Shown piece after piece: positions 12,693-31,196 of a stretch of DNA of 64,000 nucleotides. The stretch is from Macrostomum lignano (taxonomy: Eukaryota), in NCBI GenBank assembly GCA_002269645.1, contig NIVC01000212.1:558001-622000 (forward strand). The letters run 5' to 3'. The first letter of the stretch is position 1. Every line of letters starts with the position of its first letter. The position numbers and the translations under genes are program-made. Below the pieces are notes generated by a model. It had not been told where the DNA came from. It did not search any database and worked only from the letters and a program-made list of their open reading frames with translations.

Positions 12693-13742
12693 CAATACTA
12701 CCGCCAAATTGATGGTGTCGCTATGGGGTGTCCTCTTGCCCCTACGCTCGCTGATCTGTGCATGAGCCATTGGGAGACTGAATGGATGAAACTCCCCAAT
12801 GCCCCACGGTTTTATAAGCGTTATGTTGACGATACTTTTGCTGTTTTTGACAATAAAAAAGACCACGACGAGTTTCTTACTATTATCAACTCCACCCATC
12901 CAAACATTAAGTTCACCGTTGAGGGCGGAGGGAAGAATCTCCCGTTTCTTGATACCGAGGTTGACTGTTCTGGACACCGTCCTCTTGTGAAATTTTACCG
13001 TAAACCGACGTTTACTAGGCTGATGTTAAGTTTCCATGCTTTATGTCCGACTCACTGGAAATCCGGGTTAGTTAGGTGCCTTCTTCACAGAGCCTACGAG
13101 GTGAGCAGTTCTTGGAGTTTATCTCACCAAGAGGTTCGTGCCCTGACTAAAATCCTTAGATCTAACGGTTACCCTCTCGGTTTTGTCAGCCGTATTATCA
13201 ATTCGTTTGTCACTAAGAAAGTTTCTTGCGATGCGAGACCCAGGCAACCGGAGATAGATTCTTGGGACGCTCTGTTGGTTCTCCCATTTTTTGGCAACGC
13301 TTCGCTTGACTTCAGGAAAAAACTTGAGAAAACGTTTAGCAAATGGCTTAAGTGCACCGTTAGGATTGTGTTTCGCACCGAAAAGATCGGTCGCTATGCT
13401 AGCAGGCTCAAGTCAGCTGTTCCACTTGCTCTAAGGGCTGGTGTTGTTTACCAATTTCGCTGCTCTGAGGATCAGAGCGTTTCCTACATTGGAAAAACGA
13501 AGCGACACCTGCACACTAGAGCTAGGGAACATTGGCTAAAAAGCTCTGCGATTAATGACCATCTGCTTGTTCGTAAAAAATGTTGTGACAGTGAACCGAT
13601 TCAGCTTTTTAAAGTGCTGGATGGGTGCAAATTCGACCATAAGCTTAAGATTATTGAAGCTTCGTATATCAGAATGCACAAACCCAACCTGAATGTGCAG
13701 CTTGCTGGCAATGGGGTGGAGCGTGAGCTAAGAGTACTGTGA
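12693..13742 (+). CDS. Penelope RT (C-terminal half) + GIY-YIG endonuclease, N-terminally truncated
   Basis: Part of ORF 12594-13742. The first ~33 codons come from the inverted pLTR copy and are not genuine RT sequence. Confidence 0.9.
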   Translation, partial: QYYRQIDGVAMGCPLAPTLADLCMSHWETEWMKLPNAPRFYKRYVDDTFAVFDNKKDHDEFLTIINSTHPNIKFTVEGGGKNLPFLDTEVDCSGHRPLVKFYRKPTFTRLMLSFHALCPTHWKSGLVRCLLHRAYEVSSSWSLSHQEVRALTKILRSNGYPLGFVSRIINSFVTKKVSCDARPRQPEIDSWDALLVLPFFGNASLDFRKKLEKTFSKWLKCTVRIVFRTEKIGRYASRLKSAVPLALRAGVVYQFRCSEDQSVSYIGKTKRHLHTRAREHWLKSSAINDHLLVRKKCCDSEPIQLFKVLDGCKFDHKLKIIEASYIRMHKPNLNVQLAGNGVERELRVL

Positions 13743-14072
13743 GCAGAGCCGTGCCTATTTATTATTTTTTCTCTCTCTCACTTTGTTGTGTACTTGGCAC
13801 TTTCTAAATTCTACCGGACTGTTTTGACCCGTCTCTGGACTGTACAGTGATTTTTGCTTAAATATATTGGCAGTGTTGGGCACCGTTAATGAAAATCTTA
13901 ACTTCCGTTAATAGCAAAAGCGTTAGCGTTAAAACAAAAAAATCTTAACTTTTTAACTCCTAATTTCGTTAAGTTAACTGAAAGTTAACTGATAATCGTT
14001 AATAAGCGTTAATCCGTTAAAGTTAACACAGAAAATACGGAAATCTTGCACGTTTTTTCCAAAACATAATTC

Positions 14073-16824
14073 CCCTAGATGAAATCGTCATGCCATTTCT
14101 TAGCAGATCTGTCTGGAGCTTCTCGCTACGTTCTTGCAAGAACGTAACAGATCTGCACTATTAAAATATATAGGCAGAACTTACAAGATCTGCAGGAAGA
14201 TCTTGCACGGTCTGCACGAGCAGATCTTAGGAGATCTGGGCAGATCTTGTAAGATGTATTAAGCTTTACCAATTGAATGCATTGTCCGTCTTATCAAATC
14301 TTCCAAGATCTGTTTAGTAATCCATTTATAAAACCCCAATGCACTAATTTAATTCCAATAAAGAACACGAGTTATGACAGGACTTTCTTATTTGATTCTG
14401 CACTTTTAGTATTGTGCTAGTAAGCTGCCAGAACAAAAGCAAATGTCATTGAACAATCAAAATAAAGTAGGCATATTTATTTGTGAAAATGTAAACAAAT
14501 ACACATATATGCTCATGAAATAAAACTTGTATGCACAAGGGAAATAGCACAAGCAAAAAATAAGTCAGCTTCAAAACAAAAGTTAAGCACACATTCAATA
14601 GGAAAAATACTAATGGTACAATGGACTAATAAAATTAGGGTGAGCAATACTTTTAGAAACTAAAAAATAGAAGCAGAAACATTTGAAAAAAACCAGGTGC
14701 ATCTTTTACTACAATGTACAATTAAATTGGTTTGCAAATAATTGAAACTGAAAGAGTCCAGTACTGAACATACATGCACAACTTTGGGAATCACCCGGCC
14801 GTTTCTATTGGCAACACACACATGTAAGTCGCTATTGGCTGAGAGCAGTCACGTGACTACTATTCCGTCCAATAGCGACTTACATGTGTGTGTGTGTTGC
14901 CAATAGAAACGGCCGAGGGAATCCCAAAGTTGCTCCCAAGCATGGTACTGAAAGATTTTAAAGTCAATATTGCTAGAAAGCTTACTTTGTTATCAATAAA
15001 AGTAGGTCTATAAGAGCTCTTAGTAATACTTAAGGGCTCTTTATCATGTTGCATTTTTACTTTAGGCTGGCTTCATTTTTTCTTTTAGCAATCATAGGAT
15101 GCTTGCCACTTTGCCACTTGGTATAAAGACAAGCTTGGAACCCATAAGTAGCGATGCCATATTGACCATGTAAAGTAGCTGCAATGAAAGGGAAAATTGT
15201 AGTAAAGTTCTGGGATTTTAAACATTAATATTCAATTCAAAATAACTAAAATATAAAACAAATATCGTTGTTATGTTTTTAAATAGTCAGAGTAATAACT
15301 TTTGTAAAAGTTCTTTTAGACCTAATTAAATTTAGACCTATGTTTTTCTTCTATTCTATATTTTTCATATTATTTATCTAGGCCTATCTAGTATAAATAC
15401 TTTTAGATTTTGCTATGCCTATCTATATTCTTCAAATAGTAGGTCAAGGCTTAAGATAACTTTCTAACAACCATAAGCCTATATTTAAGCATCCAGGTTT
15501 AATTCTAATTCATAAAAACTATACCCTATATAGCAATTACAATTTTTAGTAGAGTAGGGCCTTTTTATTTTAAAATTAAAATGATAAGCCTAGTTATAAC
15601 ACTATTTACTAAAAATAGAAATTACACTCTTAACCTAAGTGTTTAAAATCAAGGAGGGATTAAAACCAAGTTTTACAGATATGTCAGTCTACCTATTTAT
15701 AAATCTAGATAAGCATATATAAAACAAACAAAAACAGAATAGACCTATTTAATTAAGATTTACTTACTAGCTAGGTCACTAGAACTAGCCTAGCCCTAGC
15801 CTAGCCTAGGGGCTATAACTAGGTATGTATATATAAATATAATATAATGAAATGCAAAAGACTACAAAAAATACTGATCTATGTATGTAAACTGAATTTC
15901 TGAATTATTAATGGATTAATGAATTATTAATGGACAACATCACTAGGTCTACTGTAGACATGCATTCTGTTTCTATTAAAGCATAGAACAAAGTCATAGG
16001 CCTAGGCCTACTCATACTTATAGGCCTGGGAGTAGGAAACAAGCCTAGATATATATATGATATAGATATATATATAGCATATCATACATTTTATAGTCAG
16101 TCTGTCAATTATGTCAAATTTTTTTAATTGATGACGCGATCTGCTCTTCATTTAAAGCCATAGCTATACTCAATCAAAAAAGTTATTATGGCTAAAAAAA
16201 GTAAAAAACAGTGATACTACACTGTGAAACAATTTAAGGAATTAAAAATTACGTATTCGGCTAAGTCAAAAGAAAGAACTGAGATAGATGGATAAATTGC
16301 AAGAGCGAGAATTCAAACTATAAGGGTCCACTATGTTCAGAACTGCGGAAAAAATATTTAAACAAATTCATTTACTGTTGGCTGCCAGAAGAACAACTAA
16401 AATAAATACAAATCATTAAAAAACGTAATTACTATTATGTTAAATATTTTGTGGAAAAAAACAATTCAGACACTTTTCAAAACTGGTCTGTACAGATCTG
16501 CAAGAACTGATCTGACAAGATCCAGCAGAGAAATGTGAAAATATACGAAAGTCTTTTTTCTGATATACAGTTGGAAATTTTGTTTTCTCTTTACCTAATA
16601 AGTATTTTCTAAAAAATCACGAATGTTTTTTACGTACCAAACAATAAAAAATGGCTTGCAAAGATTTGTAAGATCTTGTAAGACAAAAGCAGATACAGAT
16701 CTGCTAAGAGATTTAAGTAAGAACAGATCTGTTAAGAATGTGTTCACCAAAATTCACAGATCTGCTAAGAAATTTAAGTAAGAACAGATCTGCCAAGAAT
16801 GAGTAAACAGAACTTCATCTAGGG
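14073..16824. mobile_element. non-autonomous TIR element (CCC...GGG ends) nested in the hAT element
   Basis: TIR CCCTAGATGAA / TTCATCTAGGG, followed by a shared TTCTT(A/G)GCAGATCTG motif; many AGATCT subterminal repeats; apparent 2-bp TSD TC. Superfamily uncertain (CMC/EnSpm-like by inference). Confidence 0.7.
14779..14932. mobile_element. ~154-bp foldback/MITE-like palindrome
   Basis: Arms CAACTTTGGGAATC..CGGCCGTTTCTATTGGCAACACACACATGTAAGTCGCTATTGG and their reverse complement flank a ~30-nt loop. Confidence 0.7.
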
Positions 16825-17520
16825 TCGTAATGCACGTCTTTGCTATTCCATCTTTTTAGCAAAACACAGAGGTCATCTAAGCGATTTGAAGGCTAAAAAA
16901 GTAATAAATAATCATTTAAAAACTTGCATGCATAATACAACTAAAAGTAAAGCATATGGTAAAAAAGTAACTTATTTTATTTGAAACTTAAAAGCTAATA
17001 ACGAGAAATTCATAATTAAATACGCATAGGAAGGTTGTTTCAGTACCATTAGCAGGCGCAGCAGAAAGTTGCGAAAGATTGGGACAGAAGTGAATCAAAG
17101 CGATCGATGCTCACGCGCAAGAATTATAAAGTTTCACACTATTTTAATTCATTATTTTAAAGTTTATTTGTAAGAAGTTGTTAATTATACATGTACGTCT
17201 GTGTGATCATCGTCATAAATAAAGAGATTATATTTAGGCATATAGGTAAGCTCAAATACGTTCGTAATGTTTAAACTTCTTGTAAGACTTCTATTTTTCG
17301 TTCCTTCTTTGCGTCTTTGGTCATTGACATAGACACTACCGTTAACGATGAATTTATCGTTAATTCACAAAATTTTTAACGCAAATTCGTTAATCCGTTA
17401 GTTCAAAAAAATCTTAATGACAGTCCGTTAACGTTAATGAAAAATCTTAACGCTTATTAACGCTTATTAACGGACTGGTGCCCAACACTGTATATTGGTG
17501 GTGTGATCTTAGGTTGATTG

Positions 17521-17570
17521 AATTTGCCCTGATGACGTCTTGTGTTTGACGAAACGCGTTGGCTAGAATT
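17521..17570 (+). ncRNA. minimal type I hammerhead ribozyme motif in the Penelope pLTR
   Basis: CTGATGA (17529-35), C-GTC-loop-GAC stem II, GAAA (17551-54), palindromic ACGCGT stem III region, putative GUU cleavage triplet, and GCC/GGC stem I. Such motifs are established in PLE pLTRs. The extra C and the GUU triplet are non-canonical. Confidence 0.65.
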
Positions 17571-18462
17571 AAACAAAGTTTACTTTTTATGTTCTTGTTG
17601 ACGTTTATCCTATATACTAAAATTCCTACTAAATCTAGCCTCGCCTCATTAGTTTTATAGACCAATTTAATGGTCGATTTTATCATTCTTTAACATTTAA
17701 CACATTTTTTACACAGTCATTATGCTTAAGAATGATTAAGGAAGATTCATAAAACCAATGAGTCCAGCCTGCATTCTCTTGATTTTCAGGCACACTACAT
17801 TTGTACGATTGTACACATAAAATTAGCATAGAATACTAATTTTCTCAACAAAAAGTTTTATGAATTGAGATATGGAAAAGGCAGTTAATATAAAATATGA
17901 ACATTGGGTCTGCCTCCTATCAGAAGCAATAAAAACTTATGTGTTGAAAGAATGAAAACCTCCTATATATCTCCGTAAAGTTTTTTTTCAGTAAAACCTA
18001 GGCCTCCCAATTTTTTCCAAGAAACATAGTACGTTTCTCGTCCTTCTACTTGAAGTAGTTATTGATTTAAACCCGTACTCAATATTCCTAAGTATTGATA
18101 AGTATACTAAATGAGTATACTAGCACTTCGGCTATAAACTATTCGGCTGTGAACCTCCGAAAACGTTTAATTCAAAGCTGAACTTCGAGGTTCATTCTGA
18201 GTCTTAAAGCTCACCTGAAATCCCTACGCATTTTATCCCCTGTAGTATGGATCGACCTGAATTCATGGGATGTCTCGGCGTTTATAGTTGACTGGTACGA
18301 CAAGTTATCCCATAACAGCAGTTGGTTTGGTCAGCAGGCCTGCAGATTTTGACTCAATTTCATTTCTTTTGCTCACACAAAATTTTTAGCCTGACTAATG
18401 CAACCCAGTTATAAAAAGAAGATTTTTTAGATACACACATCATGTATGGCTCCTGCACTTAG

Positions 18463-20317
18463 CTACGCTAAGTGTCTAACATGGAATGCGATATTGCTCT
18501 CAGACAGACTCTCAGAGCACTCTAAAACAATATCTACATCTACATGTACATATTGCTTAACGTCGACAGGTAGTGGCTTAAAAATTAAGGTTTTCTTATT
18601 TTTAGTAAAAGTCAGCAAAAAATAAATGTAGAGTTTTTTCGGGCAGCATTTCAGATTTTGTTCCGCGGTTGCCAATATATTTTTTATACATACACGTAAA
18701 TAAGATCTTTGATAAGAATTTTATTTACTTTGAAGTACGAAGCAGCAATAAAAATATTACACATGTACATGTCCGGTACATGTCCAAGAACTTACGTCCA
18801 ATCTTACCAGCTCCAACTCAAAAAATGTTCATTCTCGATCATAAGACAGACGAAAAACATATTACAGGAAGTGAGATCAATATACTTTGTCCCAATCGCA
18901 AAGAGAACTCACCGATACAGGAGTAGTTGACGAACAAGAACTTGAAGTTCATAACGCATGGATCACCAAAGACTTCATTCGTTGCCAACACGTCGCACGA
19001 CTCCTTCTGCTGGCAGGCTGCCCGAACCAGCTGAAGCGACCATGCGCTCCAGCAATCAGTGGCCGTGTCAGTTTCGAGGGTGCAGTGGGGTGCCGAGAAT
19101 TCTTCCGACTTTCCATACAAGGCGAAGTGAACATCGATGGTTGCTAGGAGACCCTGCGGCTGGCTACAGTTCAGTACAGCGACTTCTGACTCGCACACGA
19201 GCACAGAGTGAACGGATGGAGCTGAGAAAAATGGTGCATTTTAATGAATAGATTTATTTATTCAATAGTATGTCAATGCTAACCCTTCATTGTTTACCAA
19301 TCTCCTCTCTCCTCTCCTCTCTCCTCTACTCTGCTCTCCTCTCCTCTCTCCTCTACTCTCCTTTCCTCTCTCCTCTCCTCTCTCCTCTCCTCTCTCCTCT
19401 ACTCTCCTCTCCTCTCCTCTCCTCTCCTCTCTTCTCCTCTCTCCTCTATACTCTACTCTCCTCTCCTCTCTCCTCTCCTCTCTCCTCTACTCTCCTCTCC
19501 TCTCCTCTCCTCTCTCCTCTACTCTCCTCTCCTCCCCTCTCTCCTCTACTCTCCTCTCCTCCCCTCTCTCCTCTACTCTCCTCTCCTCCCCTCTCTCCTC
19601 TACTCTCCTCTCTTCTCCTCTCTCCTCTACTCCCCTCTCCTCTCCTCTCTCCTCTCCTCTCCTCTCTCCTATCCTCTCTCCTCTACTCTCCTCTCCTCTC
19701 CTCTCCTCTCCTCTCTTCTCCTCTCTCCTCTATACTCTACTCTCCTCTCCTCTCTCCTCTCCTCTCTCCTCTCCTCTCTCCTCTACTCTCCTCTCCTCTC
19801 CTCTCTCCTCTCCTCTCTCCTCTACTCTCCTCTCCTCCCCTCTCTCCTCTACTCCCCTCTCCTCTCCTCTCTCCTCTCCTCTCCTCTCTCCTCTCCTCTC
19901 TCCTCTCCTCTCTCCTCTCCTCTCTCCTCTACTATCTCTTCTCCTCTCCTCTCTCCTCTTCTCTCCTCTTTCCTCTCCTCACTCCTCTCCTCCTCTCCTC
20001 CTCCGCTTCTCTCCTCTTTCCTCTCCTCACTCCTCTCCTCCTCTCCTCCTCCGCTTCTCCCTCTCTTACTTCTGCTCTCTCCTATGTTTTCCCTGTCTCC
20101 CCCTCTCTATTCCTCTCATCTTCCTCTTCTCTTCACTCGGCCCTCATGTCTCTCATCTCTCATCTCGCATCTCTTTATTTAATCTCTCCTATCCCTACAG
20201 TCATGAAACACCACTTCAGTAGCAACTGCTGAACATACCGCTGCAGAACACCACAAAGTGGCTAACACAGATCGAACTCGTTAAAAGCACAATCGCAAAA
20301 TTTGAAGAAAATCTCAT
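18463..20317 (-). CDS. secreted SUEL/rhamnose-binding (Gal_Lectin) protein, ~148 aa
   Basis: Signal exon 20317-20239 (MRFSSNFAIVLLTSSICV..., donor G|GTATGT). Phase 1-1 SUEL exon 19221-18913 (CESE..C...ALYGK...C...C...CQQKESC...NEVFGDPC..KFLFVNYSC). The last exon, 18521-18463, is tentative. Confidence 0.75.
19300..20170. repeat. (CTCCT)n-type low-complexity tract in SUEL intron 1
   Basis: Directly visible. Confidence 0.9.
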
Positions 20318-20734
20318 TGTGAAATATTAAATCAGCGGGCTTCAATCTTGAAATGCGTATGAAAAAACCTGGGGATTTTAACATTTGGGGAAATTTTCCC
20401 AGTTGCTAAATACATATGTATGAGACATACGCGCCTATGAGAACAAATGAATGCGCACGTTTTGAAGCAATAGAAATTGAATTACAACGGCTGCTGAGAG
20501 TGAAAACGCTAAAATTGCTTCGATTTTGAGCAGCAAAGCATAAAAATTTTATGCGCTAAAAGAGTTGACATAATTCTGCCATTAATAGTGCCAAAAGCCC
20601 ATTGCGTTTGAAAACAATGAGCTGAAAGCATTTCGCTGTCACCTAGGAGTAACCAGAAAATTTTTCAAGTAAATCGCTTTCAGCGCCTTTTGTTTGAGCA
20701 ATGCACCATATCTCTCTACCCAACACTCCTCAGT

Positions 20735-21720
20735 CCGATTCCACACCTTTCCGATCCCACACCCCTCAATCCCGATCCCACACCCCTCAATCCCGATCCC
20801 ACACCCCTCAATCCCGATCCCACACTCCTCAATCCCGATCCCACACCCCTTAATCCCGACCCCACATATCCTTCAATCTCGATCCCATACCCCTCAATCT
20901 CGATCCCACACTCCTCAATCCCGATCCCACACTCCTCAATCCCGATCCCACACTCCTCAATCCCGATCCCACACCCCTCAATCCCGATCCCACACTCCTC
21001 AATCCCGACCCCACATATCCTTCAATCTCGATCCCACACCCCTCAATCCCGATCCCACACTCCTCAATCCCGATCCCACACTCCTCAATCCCGATCCCAC
21101 ACTCCTCAATCCCGATCCCACACTCCTCAATCCCGATCCCACACCCCTCAATCCCGATCCCACACCCCTCAATCCCGATCCCACACTCCTCAATCCTGAT
21201 CCCACACCCCTCAATCCCGATCCCACACCCCTCAATCCCGATCCCACACCCCTTAATCCCGACCCCACATATCCTTCAATCTCGATCCCATACCCCTCAA
21301 TCTCGATCCCACACCCCTCAATCCCGATCCCACACCCCTCAATCCCGATCCCACACTCCTCAATCCCGATCCCACACCCCTCAATCCCGATCCCACACTC
21401 CTCAATCCCGATCCCACACCCCTCAATCCCGATCCCACACCCCTCAATCCCGATCCCACACTCCTCAATCCCGATCCCACATATCCTTCAATCCCGATCT
21501 CACATATCTCTCTATCCCGATCCCACATATCCCTCAATCCCGATCCCACACCCCTCAATCCCGATCCCACACCCCTCAATCCCGATCCCACACTCCTCAA
21601 TCCCGATCCCACATATCCTTCAATCCCGATCTCACATATCTCTCTATCCCGATCCCACATATCCCTCAATCCCGATCCCACACCTCTCAATCCCGATCCC
21701 ACACCTCTCAATCCCGATCT
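20735..21720. repeat. 21-bp minisatellite (CCCTCAATCCCGATCCCACAC)
   Basis: Directly visible, with periodic variant units. Confidence 0.9.
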
Positions 21721-22129
21721 CAAATATTAGTGAATTTCAAACATTGAAAACTCGTAAAAATAGCTATTTTTTAATAGTCTGAGTACTCGAGTAGCCATGA
21801 CAACAATCAGTTTCAAATGACGCGATTCGTCACTTGCTGGTCAGTGGAAACTACATTCTCATCAGTGATCACGATGTGGTCGCTGAGTACGAAGAATTCG
21901 TTTCCTTTGCTTCCACCGCCGCTGCCGCCAGCGCTGTTGTCGGCGTAGATTTCGTCGTTTTCAATGCCAGCAAGCCCGCTAAGGACTCGACCTCGGCCTG
22001 GTGATGACATGGTTTAGAGAGCTTGCCGGGTATAAATTATCGCCTACTGAAAGTAGTTAAAAAATCTGAAGCGATTGTATTTCAGTGTTGCTGCGCACTC
22101 AGTTAAAAAATGTGGTGTGTCGTGTCCGG

Positions 22130-22945
22130 CGCCCCGTGTCTAATATGTCTGGCGCTCCGTGTCTAATATGTCTGGCCCCCCGTGTCTAGACGTGTGCCAC
22201 CCCGTGTCTAGACGTGTGCCACCCCGTGTCTAGACGTGTGCCACCCCGTGTCTAGACGTGTGCCACCCCGTGTCTAGACGTGTGCCACCCCGTGTCTAGA
22301 CGTTTGCCACCCCGTGTCTAGACGTGTGCCACCCCGTGTCTAGACGTGTGCCACCCCGTGTCTAGACGTTTGCCACCCCGTGTCTAGACGTTTGCCACCC
22401 CGTGTCTAGACGTTTGCCACCCCGTGTCTAGACGTTTGCCACCCCGTGTCTAGACGTGTGCCACCCCGCGTCTAGAGGTTTGCCACCCCGTGTCTAGACG
22501 TGTGCCACCCCGCGTCTAGAGGTTTGCCACCCCGTGTCTAGACGTTTGCCACCCCGTGTCTAGACGTTTGCCACCCCGTGTCTAGACGTTTGCCACCTTG
22601 TGTCTAGACGTTTGCCACCCCGTGTCTAGACGTTTGCCACCCCGTGTCTAGACGTTTGCCACCTTGTGTCTAGACGTTTGCCACCCCGTGTCTAGACGTT
22701 TGCCACCCCGTGTCTAGACGTGTGCCACCCCGTGTCTAGACGTGTGCCACCCCGTGTCTATACGTGTGCCACCCCGTGTCTAGACGTTTGCCACCCCGTG
22801 TCTAAACGTGTGCTACCCCGTGTCTAGACGTTTGCCACCCCGTGTCTAGACGTTTGCCACCTTGTGTCTAGACGTTTGCCACCCCGTGTCTAGACGTGTG
22901 CCACCCCGTGTCTAGACGTGTGCCACCCAGTGTCTAGACGTCTAG
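22130..22945. repeat. 22-bp minisatellite (CCCCGTGTCTAGACGTGTGCCA)
   Basis: Directly visible. Confidence 0.9.
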
Positions 22946-22998
22946 CGTATTTATCCCCCGTGCAGTATACGTACAACTTCTAGACTGTACTTTCTTTT

Positions 22999-24326
22999 TC
23001 AGTCTGGGCGCGACCTGCATTCGCTGATCTCTGGTGACCCAAGGCTGAACAGATTCAAACACGTACCGCCGATTCCGCTGCCGCTGCTGGCGTATGGAAA
23101 CACTTCGGCCGACTTTCTTAGAAACAGCCTAGGCAGCAGGTCCAAGTCCGGATCCGTAACCAGCGCCCCCAGCCAATCAACGAAGGCGTCCTGTACCGGG
23201 CAGCGGCCGGAGGACTCGCCCTCAAGCCAGGCTGAGTAGCGGGCCAGCGACTGCGGCAGGGCAAGGCGCACGTAGCCCACCAAGCGCAGGTCCCGTGCCT
23301 TGTCTCGAATCTTGGCTGCCAGTGGCCGGCAAACCGTGACGATGTCGCGCAGCGTAAAAGCGCCGGATTGGCTGCCGCTGCTGAATTTTGGCACCAATTT
23401 GAAATGGAGATAGTAGCCGGATACACGGCGTTTGAGTTTTGAGAAACAGTTCTTCGATTGTAGAGACATTTCTGGTCTGAGAAATGACCCGAGTTCCTTG
23501 TTAAGTAGCCTACAAACCGATAATTTGAAACTTTGAAAATCAAATCGATTCCAGTAGAGGCATAAAGTGATTTTAAGCTTGTTAGTCGGTGACAAAAAAA
23601 AACTTTAGTTTATGGTATAAACCCATGCCAGGAATAAGCCAAGAATTTAGGAGGACGAGAATTTGAGGGTATGGACTGGAGACTATAGATTGGAGAGTGC
23701 AGATTGGAGGGTGTAGATTGGAGGGTGTAGATTGGAGGGTGTAGACTGGAGGGTGTAGATTGGACGGTGTAGATTGGAGAGTGAAGACTAGAGTTTAGAT
23801 TGGAGGGTATACATTAGGGGGTGTAGATTGGAGGGTGTAGATTTGAAGGTGTAGATTTGAGGGTGTAGATTGGAGGGTGCAGATTGGAGGGTGCAGATTT
23901 GAGGGTGTAGATTGGAGGGTGCAGATTGGAGGGTGCAGATTGGAGGGTGTAGATTGGAGGGTGTAGATTGGACGGTGTAGATTGTAGGGTATAGGTTGGA
24001 GAGTGTAGATTAGAGGGTGTAGATTGGAGGGTGCAGATTGGAGGGTGTAGATTGGAGGGTGTAGATTGGACGGTGTAGATTGTAGGGTATAGGTTGGAGA
24101 GTGTAGATTAGAGGGTGTAGACTAGAGGGTGTAGATTGGAGGGTGTAGTCTAGAGGGTATAGACAGTAGGGGGTGGACTGGAGGGATAGCCACAGAATTA
24201 GTATATGCCCCACTGCGTGCGTGACAGAACTCTGCGTTCAGCCCATTCCAGCAACCATTGCTTGACACCCGAGCTCTGGGTGTGGCTCTCGAATTTCAGG
24301 ATGTAAAAAGACAATTTCCTCATCAT
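22999..24326 (-). CDS. uncharacterised protein (2 exons; 3' end uncertain)
   Basis: Exon 24326-24214 (MMRKLSFYILKFESH...LSRT, phase 2 donor) joins the acceptor TTTGTAG|G at 23509 and the long open frame to 22999. No family recognised. Confidence 0.5.
23690..24185. repeat. 14-bp minisatellite (GTGTAGATTGGAGG) in the intron of the orphan gene
   Basis: Directly visible. Confidence 0.9.
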
Positions 24327-24504
24327 CCCTGCTGGCCTTTTCTGCCTCCTCTCACACACTGATTAGGATGAATCACTGAAAAGGGGTGTGGCCCGCGACC
24401 TCATAAAACCCCACAACAGGGGTAATATAAGGGCAGGGAAAAGGTAGAAAAAGGTGCTTCAGTGAGTGCCTCTTTTTCCAACAAAACAGTCGGAATCGGA
24501 AGGT

Positions 24505-30104
<5,600 letters not shown>

Positions 30105-30594
30105 TGCAAACCATTCGCTGAATAAGGTGAACAGACTCATGCACTTCTGATAAATTGTTTTCAAGCGAAGACTTCATTTAAAAGTTCAGACTATTGCACC
30201 TTTAGCTCCTGGGCACGTCATCATGTCTAGGCTAATTTACGAATTTACAATTCGGTTTCGCTGTCGGTTTTGAACTTTTCCGTTGAATTAACTCATCCAA
30301 ATTAAGTAATTTGGTTATCTACTTTGAACATAAAAAAATAGATTGATGCAGTTGTTCTCGCTGTACTTGTGTCTTGTCAACAGTTACTGCAGACCGACAT
30401 TACATGTAGTTTTGTAGTGTAGTTCAACAACAATTTGCTTGAGCCATTAAATTGAAAGATTCTACCAACATGAAAGTAAGAGAGATACTATTTAAAGTAG
30501 ATTTTATTTTACGTTTTTTTACAATATATAATATAGTAATAACAATTGATTACGACTGCCCTAATAGACAGACGTGCAACCGACAGCTCAGCCG

Positions 30595-30842
30595 CAGCTA
30601 TTGCGCGGCGCATCTGAAGGCTGCGTACGGCTGTTCAGTCCAAGGACTGGAGGGTCGCGACACACACCCTCAATTACCCCATGCAGCTAATGCTGGCACC
30701 CATTTTACAGCTGGGTGAACTGAAGCAATGCAGAGTTAAGTGGTTTTGCTCAAGGACACAAATTGTTCCGAGTGGGATCGGGAATCGAATCCCCGACCCT
30801 TCAGTCGTGAATCCGATGCTCTGACTGCTACGCTATAAACCC
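30595..30842 (-). mobile_element. tRNA-derived SINE with a CORE/Meta-like central domain
   Basis: On the minus strand: A-box-like TAGCGTAGCAG, B-box-like GATTCGATTCC, then CTTGAGCAA..CACTTAAC..TTCAGTTCACCCAGCTGTAAAATGGG. A second copy lies at 63031-63238. Confidence 0.8.
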
Positions 30843-31196
30843 TGTTGTGTTCGTGTTTTAATTTCTTTTAAAGTTTATCCCAGATAGGTGGTTATACATG
30901 TGCATTAACGATGTTTTAGTGCTCTAAAGTAGCTACTAAGAAAAGAGATTTGGTTACTAGCTGTTCAAGTGGATCTTTTTTTACACCAATCTCAGCTTTG
31001 CCGACTAAATCTACTACTCGCATCTTAGTCATTGAAGAAATAATAACTGATAGAATAACCATTGACCTGTGCAACTCGGATCGTGCTTACAGTCATCAGA
31101 AGAAAATCCGCAAAAGCATAGCAAAACCAAACCATGATAGTATAAATCCAGTTAGCCTTCGTCTGCGTGAGGTCATTGAACAGGAACTTCAGGAGC

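Larger units (their letters stand above)
13871..17490. mobile_element. non-autonomous hAT-type DNA transposon
   Basis: 14-bp TIR CAGTGTTGGGCACC / GGTGCCCAACACTG; 8-bp TSD TATATTGG at 13863-13870 and 17491-17498; CGTTAA subterminal repeats; no transposase ORF. Confidence 0.88.
12332..17608 (+). mobile_element. Penelope-like retroelement, 5'-truncated with an inverted 5' pLTR copy; 3' pLTR split by a hAT insertion
   Basis: 12332-~12685 is the reverse complement of 13620-13870 joined to 17499-17608. The ORF has RT motifs (YYRQIDGVAMGCPLAP, YVDD, LPFLD) and a GIY-YIG endonuclease (VVYQFRC...YIGKTKRHLHTRAREH). Confidence 0.92.

Noticed and set aside
21813-22010. 65-aa minus-strand ORF as a further exon of the orphan gene
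   Set aside because: No phase-compatible junction from the 23509-22999 exon could be established.
30770-30842. tRNA gene
   Set aside because: The tRNA-like head continues into a SINE body shared with a second copy, and the cloverleaf is imperfect.
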